NCBI GenBank assembly: GCA_951406725.2
Contig: OX597814.1
Location: forward strand, 205,282,001 to 205,346,000
Length of the DNA stretch: 64,000 nucleotides
Origin: Octopus vulgaris
Taxonomy: Eukaryota
Reading direction: 5' to 3'
Each line of letters opens with the position of its first letter. The stretch's first letter is position 1. The notes under the pieces are model-generated. The model searched no databases. It was given only the letters and a program-made list of their open reading frames with translations, and was not told where the DNA came from. Made by a program: the position numbers and the translations under genes. Shown here piece by piece: positions 13,172 through 27,160 of the stretch.

Positions 13172-13510
13172 GTGGAGGTGCATGGCTCAGTGGTTAGAGC
13201 ATCAAGCTTACGATCGTGAGGTTCTGAGTTCAATTCATGGACCGGGCTGCATGTTGTGTTCTTGAGCAAGACACTTTATTTCACATTACTCCAGTTCACT
13301 CAGCTGTAGAAATAACTTACGACGTCACTGGTGCCAAGCTGTATCAGTCCCTTTGCCTTTCCCTTGGATAACATCAGTGGTGTGGAGAGGGGAGCCTGGT
13401 ATGCATGGACAACTGCTAGTCTTCTATAAAAACCACCTTGCCTGGACTTTGCCTCAGAGGGGAACTTTCTAGGTGCAATCCCAAGGTTATTCATGACCAA
13501 AGGGGGTCAC
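13172..13510 (+). mobile_element. tRNA-headed SINE family A
   Basis: tggctcagtggttagagc ... gagttcaattc ... gtgttcttgagcaagacact ... ctccagttcactcagctg. Confidence 0.85.
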
Positions 13511-13546
13511 CCATATATATGTGTGTGTATATATATTTATATAAAT

Positions 13547-13606
<60 letters not shown>

Positions 13607-13609
<3 letters not shown>

Positions 13610-14175
13610 GTATTGAAACCATCCTCATCAAAATGCAGCTTAGATGGTCAGGTCATCTCTCACATAGGACTGATATCAGAATTGCAAAGTAACTTCTCTT
13701 TGGCCAATTCCCAACAGGAAGGTCAGGTGGAAGGTCACTGTTTCACTTCAAAGACAAACTGAAATACAATCTGAAGTAATGCAACATTCCCTTTTCATCC
13801 TGGAAAGACCAGGCATCAGAATGAAATCTTGCTTCTCCTCAATTCAAAGATCTTAGTAAATTCAACTCCTACATTGGGACCAACTTCGTGCAATCATGAA
13901 GTGACACTGGCAAAATGCTGCTCCTCTAAATGAAAACCTTACCTGTCATTGTGGTTTTGTGGCATGGAGCAAAGCAGGCCTTGCCATCTGCTCAAGGAAA
14001 TGCATAGCAAATGATCCACAAGCACTTGAACAAACTGAGTTCCCAACTTGTTCCATTAAACCAAAAGGTTTGCAAGGAACCAGCTGGCCTCAAGAGACAT
14101 ATTCATGTCCATAGAACATGATTACTGCTCTATTTTACTGAACCATCATTTGTCATTCATGATGAGAGAATCCAT
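13607..14175 (+). mobile_element. RTE-clade LINE ORF C-terminus, decayed
   Basis: Translation gives [54 protein letters not shown], followed by degenerate C-terminal zinc-finger-like segments. Confidence 0.85.
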
Positions 14176-15229
14176 CATATATATATATATATATATATGT
14201 ATATGTACAAGAATCTCTCATATTGTGAAAATGTAATATTCCTGAAAATTAAGCTACAACATGAGATTCTGTAGTCAGTATAAAACTGACAGGAACAAAA
14301 TGTTTCTCTAATGTGGTGGTTGGTTATAGCTATATCTGTATATATAATATGTGTTGTATTATAGCTGTGAACAGTGATTATAGCTGTAAATATTGATTGA
14401 AACTATTACAATTTGGTGGAAAATTTTAATGTGCATCTAAACTTTTGCGTGAATCAATTATGTTAAATTGATTAAAACCAAGGAAAACTTCAAAGGCAAA
14501 CAGATTAATGGGTATCTCTTTAGAGAGGAATTTTATAAAAGTTATATAAAATAGTTGATGATATTACCTAATATTCACCTAAATTCTTCAGGTTTTGGCA
14601 TCAACCATTAATTAGATCTGGCTGATGGATTAGCAGAGGAAAATATAAAAGAAGGTAATCAGGATGATAATGCCAAGTCTTCAACAAATGCTATATTTCC
14701 AGATGAAATCATTGTTTGTAAATTAAGAATTTCATAGTCTTTTAGCATGAAACTGAAATTCTCATTATGAGATGTCTGCAAAACAAATCCTGGAATTCTT
14801 CAACAATCGAAGATAACAGACTGACTTTGAAGAAGGAATTATAAAAGTTCTTGGAATTAAATGATTTAATAGTGAGAGCATATTGGTGATGGTTATTTTA
14901 ATTATTTTGTTATTATAATTGTTGTTTCATCTCACAGAGATGAAAATACTGAAAATACAAATTTTTGTATCAGATCACAAAAAAACATATTTGGTTTTGA
15001 AATTAGTAGATTCCATTCACTTACATTCACACTTATTTTGTGGGGAGAAAAAGCACCCCAAAACAAAGATGTGTCTTTAAATAGAATCTTACTTGTCAGA
15101 GATATTTTGCCTGAGTGAACCTAATGGATCTCACAACGAGCAATTAAATAATATTAGAATGGAAGGATTAAGAATTAATAGTTTTGCTCATGAATACATA
15201 ACGATCCAATTGACAGATTACAGTTGAGA

Positions 15230-15460
15230 TATTTATTTCTTTACTACCCACAAGGGGCTAAACACAGAGGGGACAAACAAGGACAGACAAAGAGATTAAG
15301 TTGATTACATCGACCCCAGTGCGAAACTGGTACTTAATTTATCGACCCCAAAAGGATGAAAGGCAAAGTCAACCTCGGCGGAATTTGAACTCAGAACGTA
15401 ATGACAGATGAAATAACGCTAAGCATTTTGCCTGGCGTGCTAACGTTTTTGCCAGCTCGA
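15230..15460 (-). mobile_element. SINE family C
   Basis: Minus strand: gagctggc..aaacgttagcacgcc...ctgagttcaaattccgccgagg..gactttgcctttcatcc..ggggtcgataaat..gtaccag. Confidence 0.9.
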
Positions 15461-15864
15461 CAAGCGTACCTTTATTCAGGAATACCTCAGTTACAACAGC
15501 TAATGTGGTTAATGCATGCATATGTGGCTAATACCTGTTGATATTTACTGCATGAGTAAGGCAACGAGCTGGCTGAATCATTAGCATGCAGGACTAAATT
15601 CTTGGCAGTATATATATCATATATATGTGGAGGCGCATGGCTCAGTGGTTAGAGCATTGAGCTTATGATCATGAGGTTGTGAGTTCGATTCCTGGACCAA
15701 GTTCAGATTCTGCTGAGGTCAGTGTTGCTTTTTATCCTTTTGGGGTCAATTAAACAAGTACCAGTGGAACACTTAGGTCGATGTAATCAACCTATACCCT
15801 CCCTTGAAATCACTGGCCTTGTGCCAAAATTTGAAACTGATATTTACTGCAAGAGCATCACAGA

Positions 15865-15906
<42 letters not shown>

Positions 15907-15923
15907 GTTATTATTATTATTAT

Positions 15924-16445
15924 TGAGAGAGCAGTACATGCCATCAAAGTGGCACTGGAGTAAAATATATGAAGCCCAATATATCCATTATGGCTACCCA
16001 TCTGATAATGGTACACCAGGCATTACAACCATATGTGTGCAACATGGTGATCTTTTATCAAGATAAACAGCACATGACCTTCCAGGTAGGGGCCCAGTTA
16101 GAATTTTCTTCAGGTCAAGCAGCCCATTCTGCTCAAAAGGTCCCTGAATAAGGGTTACTTAAGGATGATGAACAAAACACCTATGTTCCCAAAGGTGAGT
16201 TATCCAAACCCCAAAGAATTCCTCTCAACACATGGCTATGATGCACCTCCACTACTTCTGCTCGTGATCAGAGATGCACATATCGTCAGTCACTGAGGGA
16301 CCAGCTCAACTGGTTAAGGTCAAGCAACTGACAAGCAAATCTGTGGTATTGAGCAGAATATTTGCTGTAGCCCATCTTTTATACTAAGAGAAAACAATGT
16401 ACATGATAACACTGTCAATCAGTTTCGATTAGAAGCCTTGAGAGC
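15924..16445 (-). mobile_element. Non-coding (TAA)n-tailed retroposed element (family T)
   Basis: Reverse complement of about 21900-22432; ends in a (TAA)n tract. Confidence 0.85.
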
Positions 16446-16840
16446 AGTGTTTTGGACTTGCTCTGCTCTCATGTCAATTCCAATTTCGTTGACATATTTC
16501 TTGAACTTGGTTGTTAGTGCTCCGAGTGCCCTTAAAACTACTGGAATAGTTCACATTCTTGCAATTTCACCTTTTAGCAGTCTATACTTTTCAATCTTTT
16601 CTAGTTCTTTGTCATTTATGCATTAATCTCCAGGTATTGCAAATCTATGATCTTGGTTTCCTTTTTTCTTTTATCTACCACAACAACATCTGGCCTCTGA
16701 GCCTGATTAGGGAATCACATTGGATTGTAAAATCCCACAGCATCTTATGTTCCTTGTTCTTGGTGATCCCTGGTTCATGTTTGTATCATTTCTGTGCCCT
16801 GTTCAGGCCGTACTTTTCACATAACCTCCAGTGGACATGG
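16445..16840 (-). mobile_element. Dong/R4-clade LINE RLE-domain fragment
   Basis: HWRLCEKYGL...YKHEP...MLWDFTIQCD...RPDVVVVDK motifs, with stops and frameshifts. Confidence 0.85.
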
Positions 16841-16949
16841 ATTTGCAGGTGGGGCCTAGTTAGAATTTTCTTCAGGTTTGTTCAAGCTCCTGGAGTCTTG
16901 CATGCATAGCGGGCTTGTTGCCTGCAGCCTACAGTACCATGCTATTCAT

Positions 16950-17290
16950 TCTTTTCAGCTATTTGATACTTTACTGATTATTCTGGTCATGCCAAGGAGG
17001 CAAACCTTTTGTAACAGTTCTACTGGGCACTCTATTCCAATTTCTTTTATATTCATCTTAATGCCTTCTGATACTGTTCCCAAGGAACCAACAATAATTG
17101 GCACTATCTTCACCTTCTTCATTTTCCATAGCCAGGCTATCTCATACTTAAGAGGGTTGTAGTTAACTATCTTTTTGCCTTCCTTCTTGATTATTCGTGG
17201 GTCAAAGGGGCCTGCATCATCAACTATAAAGCATATGTGGTGCATCTTGTCAACCATTACTAGGTCCAGTCTGTTACACTCTAGCACTTG
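16950..17290 (-). mobile_element. Dong/R4-clade LINE 3' fragment
   Basis: ORF reads NRLDLVMVDK...PFD...YNPLKYEIAWLW...VPIIVGSLG...LLQKVCLLG and abuts (TAA)n. Confidence 0.88.
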
Positions 17291-17309
17291 ATTATTATTA
17301 TTATTATTC

Positions 17310-17683
17310 AATAGTTTTATTTTTATAGCGTGCTTTCACTTCACTACTGAGCACAGCTCTGTGTGCCTTGGGTATGTGCTGTGATTTTTTGTGATGCTCT
17401 GATGGTTACTGTATTGAAAGTGTTCTGCGTAGGATGTGTGCAGTGCCTAGTAGTGCACTTTTCTGTATGTTATATGTGTTTGTAAGTCCTGGTGTTTTTG
17501 TTATGTATTTGTCTGAATATTTTTTTATCAAACCTAATGCGCCTACTATGATAGGAATTGTCTCTGTTTTTAGATTCCACATTCGAGTTACCTCTATTTC
17601 CAGGTCTTTGTATTTTGAAAGTTTCTCCATTTCTTTTAGAGACACATTGTCATCTGCTGGTATTGATACATCAATTAGAAAGC

Positions 17684-17687
<4 letters not shown>
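17310..17687 (-). mobile_element. Dong/R4-clade LINE 3' end with 3' UTR, well preserved
   Basis: CFLIDVSIPADDNVSLKEMEKLSKYKDLEIEVTRMW...IPIIVGALG...QKSALLGTAHILRRTL; (TAA)n on both sides. Confidence 0.92.
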
Positions 17688-17714
<27 letters not shown>

Positions 17715-18473
17715 GTTATTATTATTATTATTATTATCATTACTAAAATCCCTCACAAGATGGGCTGATTTTGATTTCAACTTTGATTGTACATGTAGTG
17801 AATGAGTGCTGAATGGGGATAAACAACAACAGCAGCAGCAGTATCAACAACAACAACAACAACAACATATCTAAACGTGTGACTTTCGTCAGCATATAGT
17901 TTATTTAAGTTGTTAAAGAAAAATATATATGGAGAATTATTTTGTGGTTGGGAAGCTAAAGCTAGAATTACAGAGACTTCTCGTCTTTCTGCTCCATAAA
18001 CTGTTTTGTTTATCAAGAACACTCCAGCATATTTACATTGTAGTCATCACTTGAAGGCATTTGGGCGGACATTTATATAGTTCTCAGAAAAGAATCACAT
18101 TTGTCTTAGGTATCAGTTTTGACACCTGATTGGAACCATTCCAATTTATTTACACTGTTAATGGATTTCTGAAAGGCATGAACATCACACATTTATTTTT
18201 CTTTCTTACCACTACAAATTTATGGTTGGTCTTGATGTTTAGTTCCTAGATCTCAATCCTGACCCAGCAGGTCTTATAAACCTGCTGGGTCAAAAGCACA
18301 TTCCAATCTTGACCATATCTTCTGGAAGGAATCTTGGAATCATTATGTATTATGTACTTTCCATATTTAAGGATTCTAAAATCTGGTGCGAGGGAGATTT
18401 GGCTAACATTTCTAGTGGGTTGGACAACCATGCAGAAGTATCCATGTTGTGGTATTTTGCCCTTATATATATA

Positions 18474-18874
18474 CTAGCAGTATCGCCTGGTGTTGCTCGG
18501 GTTTATAAGGGAAATAACTATTTAAGCATTTTTAGAGAGTTATAGCCAAAAAATAGCAAAAAAAATGCATCAAAAATGGAAAAAAAATGATGGTAAATTT
18601 TTTTAAAAATCGTTGACTCATCGTAGACATTTTTAGAGAGTTACTTCCCTTATATAATAGCGAAAAAATGCATTAAAAATGGGAAAAAAATGATGGTAAA
18701 TTTTTTTTTAAATCGTAGACTCATTGTAGACGCGCGCTAATACCCAGAAGGGCTCGATATGAATCACGACTATAAGATACCCGGTTTTGGTTAAACTGCA
18801 CCGCAAAATGTGGGAGTAGTTAGGAATCTAAATCGTAGGAGACAGACACACAACTTCACTTTTATATATAAAGA
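18474..18874 (-). mobile_element. Non-autonomous Helitron, copy 2
   Basis: Same TC...hairpin-CTAG termini as 12016-12413, with an internal tandem duplication of about 100 bp. Confidence 0.85.
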
Positions 18875-19251
18875 TATTCTAGTTTTTAAATTAACATTTT
18901 GTATTGTATTGTCATAGGCATGGCAGTGTGGTTACAAAGCTTGCTTCCCAACCATTCAGTCTCAGGTTCAGTCCTATTGCACTGCACATTGGGCAAGTGT
19001 CTTCTAAGATATCCTTAGACTGACTGAAACCCACTGTTTGAAAATAGATGAGGAATGACAACAGGAAGGGCATTCACTGTGGAAAATCTGCCTCAGAAAT
19101 GCTATCTGACTCATGCAAGCATGGAAAAGTGGATGTTAAATGATGATGAAGATGATGGTTTTTGTATTGATATTTGTCTTTTTATTATAGTCTTTTCATA
19201 GAAATTCTGGAAACATAATGTTGTTATGTTGCATTATAACTTATATTAGCA

Positions 19252-19466
19252 CAGTGCTTTTCAACATTTTTGCTGGAGCGGAACCCCAAGGAAACATTCC
19301 ACTGGCTCGAGGAACCCCCGTGCAATAATTTAATTGTCTTATGCACACATATCTGCACAGGAGAATTAAAAATTACTGCCGATTTTAGAAGTTTTGTAAC
19401 TTCTTGCGGAACCCCTGGACTGTACTGGCGGAACCCTGGTTGCGGAACCCTGGTTGAAAACCACTG
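19252..19466. mobile_element. hAT MITE
   Basis: TIRs cagtgcttttcaac / gttgaaaaccactg; TSD tattagca / tactagca; repeated ggaacccc subterminal motifs. Confidence 0.88.
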
Positions 19467-19632
19467 TACTAGCATTACATCTGTATAAAATGCAGTAGAA
19501 ATGGCATAGAAATTAGAGAGGTTAACTGAATCTCTAATTATTAATAGAGGGTATAAATGTTGGCTGGCTGGTTTCTTTTTTCAATCATACATGATATGAT
19601 ATTGAGGGAGAGTGGGAGAGAACAGAAGACAG

Positions 19633-19668
<36 letters not shown>

Positions 19669-20077
19669 AACCTAAGAGGTACAGGGTGAGTGCACATCCT
19701 AGGATTAGCGGCAGACAATGAGTAAAGGAATTCTACCACATACACACATAGAGTGAGAGACAGAGAGAAGTGTTGTAGAAATTAAGAAGAAGAGGAGGAG
19801 GAGGAAGATAATTTGAGTAAACGACAAAGTGGTAACTAAAAGAAATTTGTTTATTTAATTTATTTTAAGGTAACAAGAATTTTTCTTTGAAAATTAATAT
19901 TTATTTCATCATTTTGTATAAGTACCAAGAAATTTGATAAAAGTTGAATTAAGATTATTGTATGTTTGCTATATTTCCTGATACTATTCCATGGTGTCAA
20001 AATTCTATTTCTAAAGTTACCCATCATATGACATGTAACACTATTATTCTATGGTACATTTTTTTAATGTTAGATTA

Positions 20078-20380
20078 TCATCATCATCATCGTTTAACAT
20101 CCGTTTTCCATGCTGGCATGGGTTGGATGGTTTGACTGAGGTCTGAAGAGCCAGCGGCTGCACCAGGCTCTAATATGATCTGGTAATGTTTCTACAGCTG
20201 GATGCCCTTCCTAACACCAACCACTCTGAGAGTGTAGTGGGTGCTTTTTATGTGACACCAGCACAGGAGCCAGTCAGGTAGGCCTGGCATTGGTCATGTT
20301 TGGATAGTGCTTTTTACGTGCCACCAGCACAGGGGCCAGTCTGGGGGTACTGGCATCGGCTATCTAGGGGTACTGGCATA
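20078..20380 (-). mobile_element. Family R retroelement
   Basis: (cat)n tail, body and modules. Confidence 0.88.
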
Positions 20381-20496
20381 GATAATTATCTTAAATTAAA
20401 ATACACACTTGAAAGAATCTTACATTAAAATACTAGTGTGTATAACAATTTAGAACGTGTATACAAACATAGAAAAACACTAGCTGTAATATCTTG

Positions 20497-20993
20497 TCTC
20501 AGAGAAACTTATCTAAGATATTACAGCTAGTGTTGACCGTGTTGTTGCTAGTTGCTCAGTCCTTGCATCTACAGAATATAAAACCAGGCTTGATCAAGTT
20601 GGCCAATACTTGCACTGGAACATATGCTGTCACTATGATATCCCACACCCTAAGAACTGGTATGAACACCATTCAGAGCCAGTCACTGAGGGAAAGAATG
20701 TTACTATCCTATGGGATTATGGGATACATACAGACAGGTAAATAAATGCTAACATACCAGACATCGTCATCAGACCTAGGACAAAAAACATGCCTGTTAA
20801 TTGAAATGACAGTGCCTACTGATAGAAACATTTCAGCAAGGGAATTTGAAAAATTGTTGAAATATAAAGAACCTTGAGATTGAGACATCTAGGATATGGC
20901 AACTGAAAGCCAACACCACCTCTGTCGTTGGAGGTGCCCTGGGAACGATCAAGAAAGGTAGTAACAAATTTTTTGTCCAGATCACAGGGAAAC

Positions 20994-20995
<2 letters not shown>
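20497..20995 (+). mobile_element. Dong/R4-clade LINE fragment
   Basis: YLHWNICCHYDIPHPKNWYEH..EPVTE...ILWDYGIHTDR...PDIV...TVPTDRN...EKLLKYKELEIE...GALG. Confidence 0.88.
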
Positions 20996-21038
<43 letters not shown>

Positions 21039-21039
21039 T

Positions 21040-21655
<616 letters not shown>

Positions 21656-21817
21656 GAAACAATAAGAAGAGGGTGACAGTTATCGAATGAACAATATTTC
21701 GACATCTCGTGTGCTTTCCCCAAGTTCAAAATAAACATCTCAATCTACTTCATTTTGGTAGTATTTAAAGGATTGGTGTTACTCCTCCAGAAAGTAAAGA
21801 AACAATACGAAACAATA

Positions 21818-21874
<57 letters not shown>

Positions 21875-21877
<3 letters not shown>

Positions 21878-22431
21878 GCCCTGATGCAGTACCAGGCAGT
21901 GGCTCTCATGGCTTCTGATCTTAACTGATTGGAAGTGTTATCATGTACATTGTTTTGTCTTGGTATAAAAGATGGGCTACAGCAAATATTCTGCTCAATA
22001 CCACAGATTTGCTTGTCAGTTGTTTGACCATAACCAGTTGAGCATGTCCCTTAGTGGCTGACGATATGTGCATCTCTGATCACGAGCAGAAGTAGTGGGG
22101 GAGCATCATAGCCATGTGTTGAGAGGGATTCTTTGGGGTTTGGATAATTCACCTTTGGAAACATGGGTGGTTCGTTCAACATCCTTAAACAACTCTTATT
22201 CAGGGACCGTTTGAGCGGGATGGGCTACTCAACCTGAAGAAAATTCTAACTGGGCCCCACCTGCAAGGTCATGTGCTGTTTATCTTGATATGAGATCACC
22301 ATGTCGCGCACATATGGTTGTGATGCATGTGCCTGGTGTACCTTTATCAGACGGGTAGTCATGATGGGTATATTGGGCTTCGTATATTTTACCCCAGTGT
22401 CACTTTGATGGCATGCACTGCTCTCTCACTC

Positions 22432-22432
<1 letters not shown>
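21875..22432 (+). mobile_element. Non-coding (TAA)n-tailed element (family T)
   Basis: Three copies in the window (15924, 21875, 22465), all ending ...gcactgctctctc(actc)aataat. Confidence 0.85.
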
Positions 22433-22464
<32 letters not shown>

Positions 22465-22710
22465 CAACCCTTAATCAGGGACCTTTTGAGTGGGATGGGT
22501 TACCCGACCAGAAGAAAATTCTAACTGGGCCCCACCTGCAAGGTCATGTGCTATTTATCTTGTTATGAGATCACCATGTCGCGCACATATGGTTGTGATG
22601 CATGTACCTGGTGTACCCTTATCAGACAGGTAGTCATGATGGGTATACTGGGTTTTGTATATTTTACCCCAGTGTCACTTTGATGGCATGCACTGCTCTC
22701 TCACTCAATA
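22465..22710 (+). mobile_element. Family T element, 5'-truncated
   Basis: Matches 22190-22432; sits in (TAA)n. Confidence 0.85.
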
Positions 22711-22744
22711 ATAATAATAATAGTAATAATAGTATAATAATAAT

Positions 22745-22875
22745 AATTGCCAATTATTGTTGGGTCCTTGGGGGCAGTATCAGATGATGTCTAGAGGAAT
22801 ATAAATGGAAATGGGTATAGAGTGCCCAGTGGAGCTGTTGTGAAAAGTTTGCCCCCTTGGTACAGCAAGAGCCCC
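22745..22875 (+). mobile_element. Dong/R4 3' fragment
   Basis: LPIIVGSLGAVS...GIECPVELL*KVCPLGTAR. Confidence 0.75.
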
Positions 22876-24027
22876 ATGGGGTATTGGAAGAATGGACTAG
22901 CCGAATTCTTATAAAGAGTAGCGTATTGGTTGAGACGAGAAGTCGGTAGGATTTGTTGAGAGGGTATTTTGGAGTCTTGCGAAGTATGTCATGTGAACAC
23001 ATGACATTAAATTACATATCCAATGTTTGTCAAGGATATAAAACAAAATCATCAAGAAAGTATTAGATAGCTGAAGATAACAGATAGCATGATACCATAA
23101 GTTTCAGGCAGCAAGCCCACTACTTATGCATGACTCCAGGAATTCCAACAAAACATGTATTAAAAGAATGGTAATGATGATGATGATGATGATGATGATG
23201 AATATGGCAATCTGTCTTTATCAAAAGGCCAACGTGTTCTATCAAAGAGCTACCATTTCTCATAACCTCTTTTTGGTTATTTTTAACAAAAGTTCAATGA
23301 TTGGGGGAAACAATTTAGTTGAAATGGTCTGTTAAAATATGTAATTTTCTACTTACAGAAGATATTCAGCTCCATTAATATTAGCCAAATCATGTACATT
23401 GTAAACATACATTTGTGGGTAACATAAATATTTGTTGCTGCTTTGTTTGATAAATTCCTCCTCTCGCAGCCAGGGAAAACCTTTCTGTTAGGTTCAGCAG
23501 TTTTAGTGAGTTGGAACCAGAGACAAGAGATATATTAGCTATTTCTATGGATTAGGTATTTGTATATTTCATACATTTTTGCCATATCAATGTGTATCAG
23601 GTAACACACTAGACACATCTTCAGTTTTATTAGCAAGATTATCTTAATTAGCTATTTCATATATTTACATATATTTTTTGGTGTCAGATGTAATGTAAGT
23701 AGTTAAGTACTTCTGTATAATAAGCAAGTGGCTCTCTGATTTACACAACTGAGATGAAATCCTATACAAGGAAAGTTAAGGCAAACTACTAACTGGAAAC
23801 CTAGGGTTACAGAAAGGACAAATCCTTTCAAAGTATTTGAAGACATAATTTAGTTTTAGTTTGGTATTTGAAGTAAGACATGGAAGAAAGCAAGATACAC
23901 ACATGTGCAAGCATGTACACTGACATACGTGCATTCATATGCACAGATATATAGACAGACACATACACACACACTTACGCATGTCCACATACACACACAG
24001 AAATACACACAGACACACACACACACT

Positions 24028-24380
24028 CACATATACACACAGAAGTATGCACATACATACGTTTGTACACACACATGCACTCACACACACACACACACTC
24101 ACACATACACACAGAAGTATGCACATACATACGTTTGTACACACACATGCACTCACACACACACACACTCACATTCACACATACACACAGAAGTATGCAC
24201 ATACATACGTTTGTACACACACATGCACTCACACACACACACACTCACATTCACACATACACACAGAAGTATGCACATACATATGTTTGTACACACACAT
24301 GCACTCACACACACACACACTCACATTCACACATACACACAGAAGTATGCACATACATACGTTTGTACACACACATGCAC
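24028..24380. repeat. Minisatellite, about 5 units of 72-76 bp derived from (CA)n
   Basis: agaagtatgcacatacatacgtttgtacacacacatgcac recurs at 24041, 24113, 24189, 24265 and 24341. Confidence 0.95.
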
Positions 24381-24770
24381 GTATGTATGTACATGCATAC
24401 ACACCCACTGGCTGATATCTGTTGTGGTGGTTGTGATGTAGTGTCGGTAGTGGCCATATTAAACTAAGGTAGCTAATTAAATCTAACCCACTGGAGTTGG
24501 TATAGGTTAAGGTAACGCACTTGACCACAATTTCTCTTTACCCAACTTGATTAACAATGCTTGGGTATACCTGCTGCTACAATAGAAAGCACTCACACCT
24601 AAGGAGCTGCTCATTGGGATCAAACCAGGTACCAGGTGTCTTAGAAGTGAACATCTTAATGATGAGGATATATTTGAGCTCTGTATAGAAGTCTGCTTCC
24701 CAACCACATCTTTCTTATATGCATACAAACATAGAGAGAGAGAGAGGGGGGAGAGAGAGAGGGAGAAGGA

Positions 24771-24812
<42 letters not shown>

Positions 24813-25131
24813 TACAAAAAGAGAGTGTGTGTAGATAATATAGAAGTCATCAGTTTAAAAAAATTATGCCTTAGCAATCGAAGAGCAAGAGAGTGCTCAG
24901 AAATATTTATTTGAACAGAAGAGACAGTAATGACAAGATGTGACTAAAAGTGTCACTTGTGACGTATATATTTGGTCAAGACATTAGATATTGTGGTACA
25001 GCAACTGCTTTTACATGTCACTTTCCTGCAAGATATAAACTTGTTGCTAAAATAATATACAATCTGTAGGGAAGGGTTGCTTTGGTTTCACTGAGTTAAA
25101 TATAAAAACTATTTCTGTGAAAAGTTTACAA

Positions 25132-25162
<31 letters not shown>

Positions 25163-25174
25163 AATGTGTACATA

Positions 25175-25382
25175 CAAGGGGCTAAACACAGAGGGGACAA
25201 ACAAGGACAAACGGATTAAGTCGATTACATCGACCCCAGTGCGTAACTGGTACTTATTTAATTGACCCCGAAAGGATGAAAGGCAAAGTTGACCTCGGCG
25301 GAATTTGAACTCAGAACGTAGCAGCAGAACGTAGCTAAGCATTTCGCCCGGCGTGCTAACGTTTCTGCCAGCTCGCTGCCTT
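25175..25382 (-). mobile_element. SINE family C
   Basis: Near-identical to 15230-15460 and 42662-42890. Confidence 0.9.
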
Positions 25383-25584
25383 ATATACAAATATGTACAT
25401 ACATATACATACGTACATTCAAACATGTATATACATATGTACGTGCACATATACAGCCATTGAGACATGCCTTTCTTACATAAATACAAACATAGTCATA
25501 CATACATACATTCCTCATACATGCATATCCATCCAACCATCCATCCATACATATAGCTTCTATATCCAAACTATGAATTCATAT

Positions 25585-25760
25585 TCATACCAATAATAAT
25601 TGGAGCACTAGGTTTTGTTAGTAAATGCTTAAAGGAGAACCTGGATAAACTGGGATTTTCTGAAAGAGAAATTGACCAGCTGATTCATACATTACAAGTG
25701 CAATCTGTGAGTGGAACAGTAAAAATATGCAAGACTTTTCTCAAGTTCCAAATGTGAATT
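25585..25760 (+). mobile_element. Dong/R4 ORF C-terminus
   Basis: IPIIIGALGFVSKCLKENLDKLGF...LQVQSVSGTVKICKTFLKFQM*. Confidence 0.8.
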
Positions 25761-26235
25761 TGTCTGTGTTCACAACATCCCAAAGATGGAGCCCTGTATT
25801 TTTGTTGGAAACTGGCTTCCTCCTCAGTGGAAGATTTGTAATAAGTAAAAATAGAAGAGATGCATACATTCCTATATTCAGGCAACAAATTGGCAGAATC
25901 TTTAGAATGCTGAACAGAAATCTTCATAGTATTTGTTTCAACTTTGTGCTTTGAGTTCGAATTTTGTCAAGGTCAACCTTGCCTTTCATTCTATCAGAGT
26001 TGAAAAAATAAATGTAACATTGAGGGTGGTGGTTTGATGGGACTTTAAGAACATTGGACTGGGTGACTTGTGGTATTTGTTCTGGCTCTGCATTCTGAGT
26101 ATAAATTCCATCATAGTCTGCTTGGTTACCAGACTTAATCTGCCATCTGATTTAACATGACCACCAGGCATTTTGGGTATCTTTACAAGAGTCCATTCTG
26201 TTACAAGCATTCAGGCTAAAAATATACATACACTG

Positions 26236-26272
<37 letters not shown>

Positions 26273-26284
26273 TAACTGGTCTGT

Positions 26285-27160
26285 AGAGGAAATCCACTCC
26301 ATAGACATTAAAACCTGCAAGATCCTAACATCAACTGGAAACCTCCATAAAACAGTGATGTGACAGGTTCTGTCTAAGACGAGATGGAGGTAGAGGCTTG
26401 AGATCAGTGCAAACAGTTTTTGAATGTCCTATGGCATCTTTCACACAGTATCTGCTGAACAATAGCAACTAAAATAAATATATCAACCTAGTACTGAAAA
26501 GCGAAGAGAACAACATCTTATGAGTTGGCAGTGAGCTACCAGGAAGTACTCTCTTTCTGATGGCCTCCCATACACCCGCAAAACAGCTGGACTAACATAT
26601 GGCAAAGAAGATGTGAACTGCTCAGTGTACCAAAAATAAGATTATGCGTGGGTATATTTCTCAAAGACTTGAAGATGATATTAATATTAGTTTCAAATTG
26701 TGGCACAAGGCCAGAAATTTTGGTGGAGTGGATAAGTCAGTGAGAGTGACCCCAGTGCTCAATTGGTACTTATTTTATTGACCCTGCAAGGATGAAAGGC
26801 AAAGTCAACCCCAGTGGAATTTGAACTTGGATCTTAAAGACACATATAATGCTACTAAGCATTTTGCCCAGTGTGCTAATGATTCTGCCAGCTCACCACC
26901 ACCTTAAAGATGATACTAATGTTGACATGAAGAACAACCTTTCATGGATTCATGGCTGCTATATTACATCAGACTTTGAAGGCTGTGTTTGCTGTTCAAG
27001 AGCAGGTGGTTGCTGCAAAAGAGACAGTGGAGCTCCAAGATGCAACAGAAAATCTCAATTATGCTACATCTCTGCAGAAGGCCTAACACGTGATAGGTAG
27101 CTGCCCAAAAATGTCATCAAGGTACTACCTCCTAATGCAGCATGACACTGTCACTAAGAC
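26285..27160 (+). mobile_element. Dong/R4 LINE internal fragment interrupted by a family C SINE (26685-26910, minus)
   Basis: EEIHSIDIKTCKILTSTGNLH (D.KTRK.LT...H motif); ITSDFEG..AVQEQ...HVIGSCPKMSSRYYL..HD. Confidence 0.7.

Noticed and set aside
13172-13250. tRNA gene candidates at SINE heads
   Set aside because: A and B boxes are present, but there is no full cloverleaf and each continues into a SINE body.
14380-14900. Coding-like stretch, possibly a decayed hAT transposase (NH*LDLA)
   Set aside because: The motif match is too weak, and there are stops in all frames.
23469-23555. Candidate terminal exon (RENLSVRFSSFSELEPETRDILAISMD*) after an acceptor-like ctcgcag
   Set aside because: The peptide is unrecognised and no partner exons were found; it cannot be supported without RNA data.
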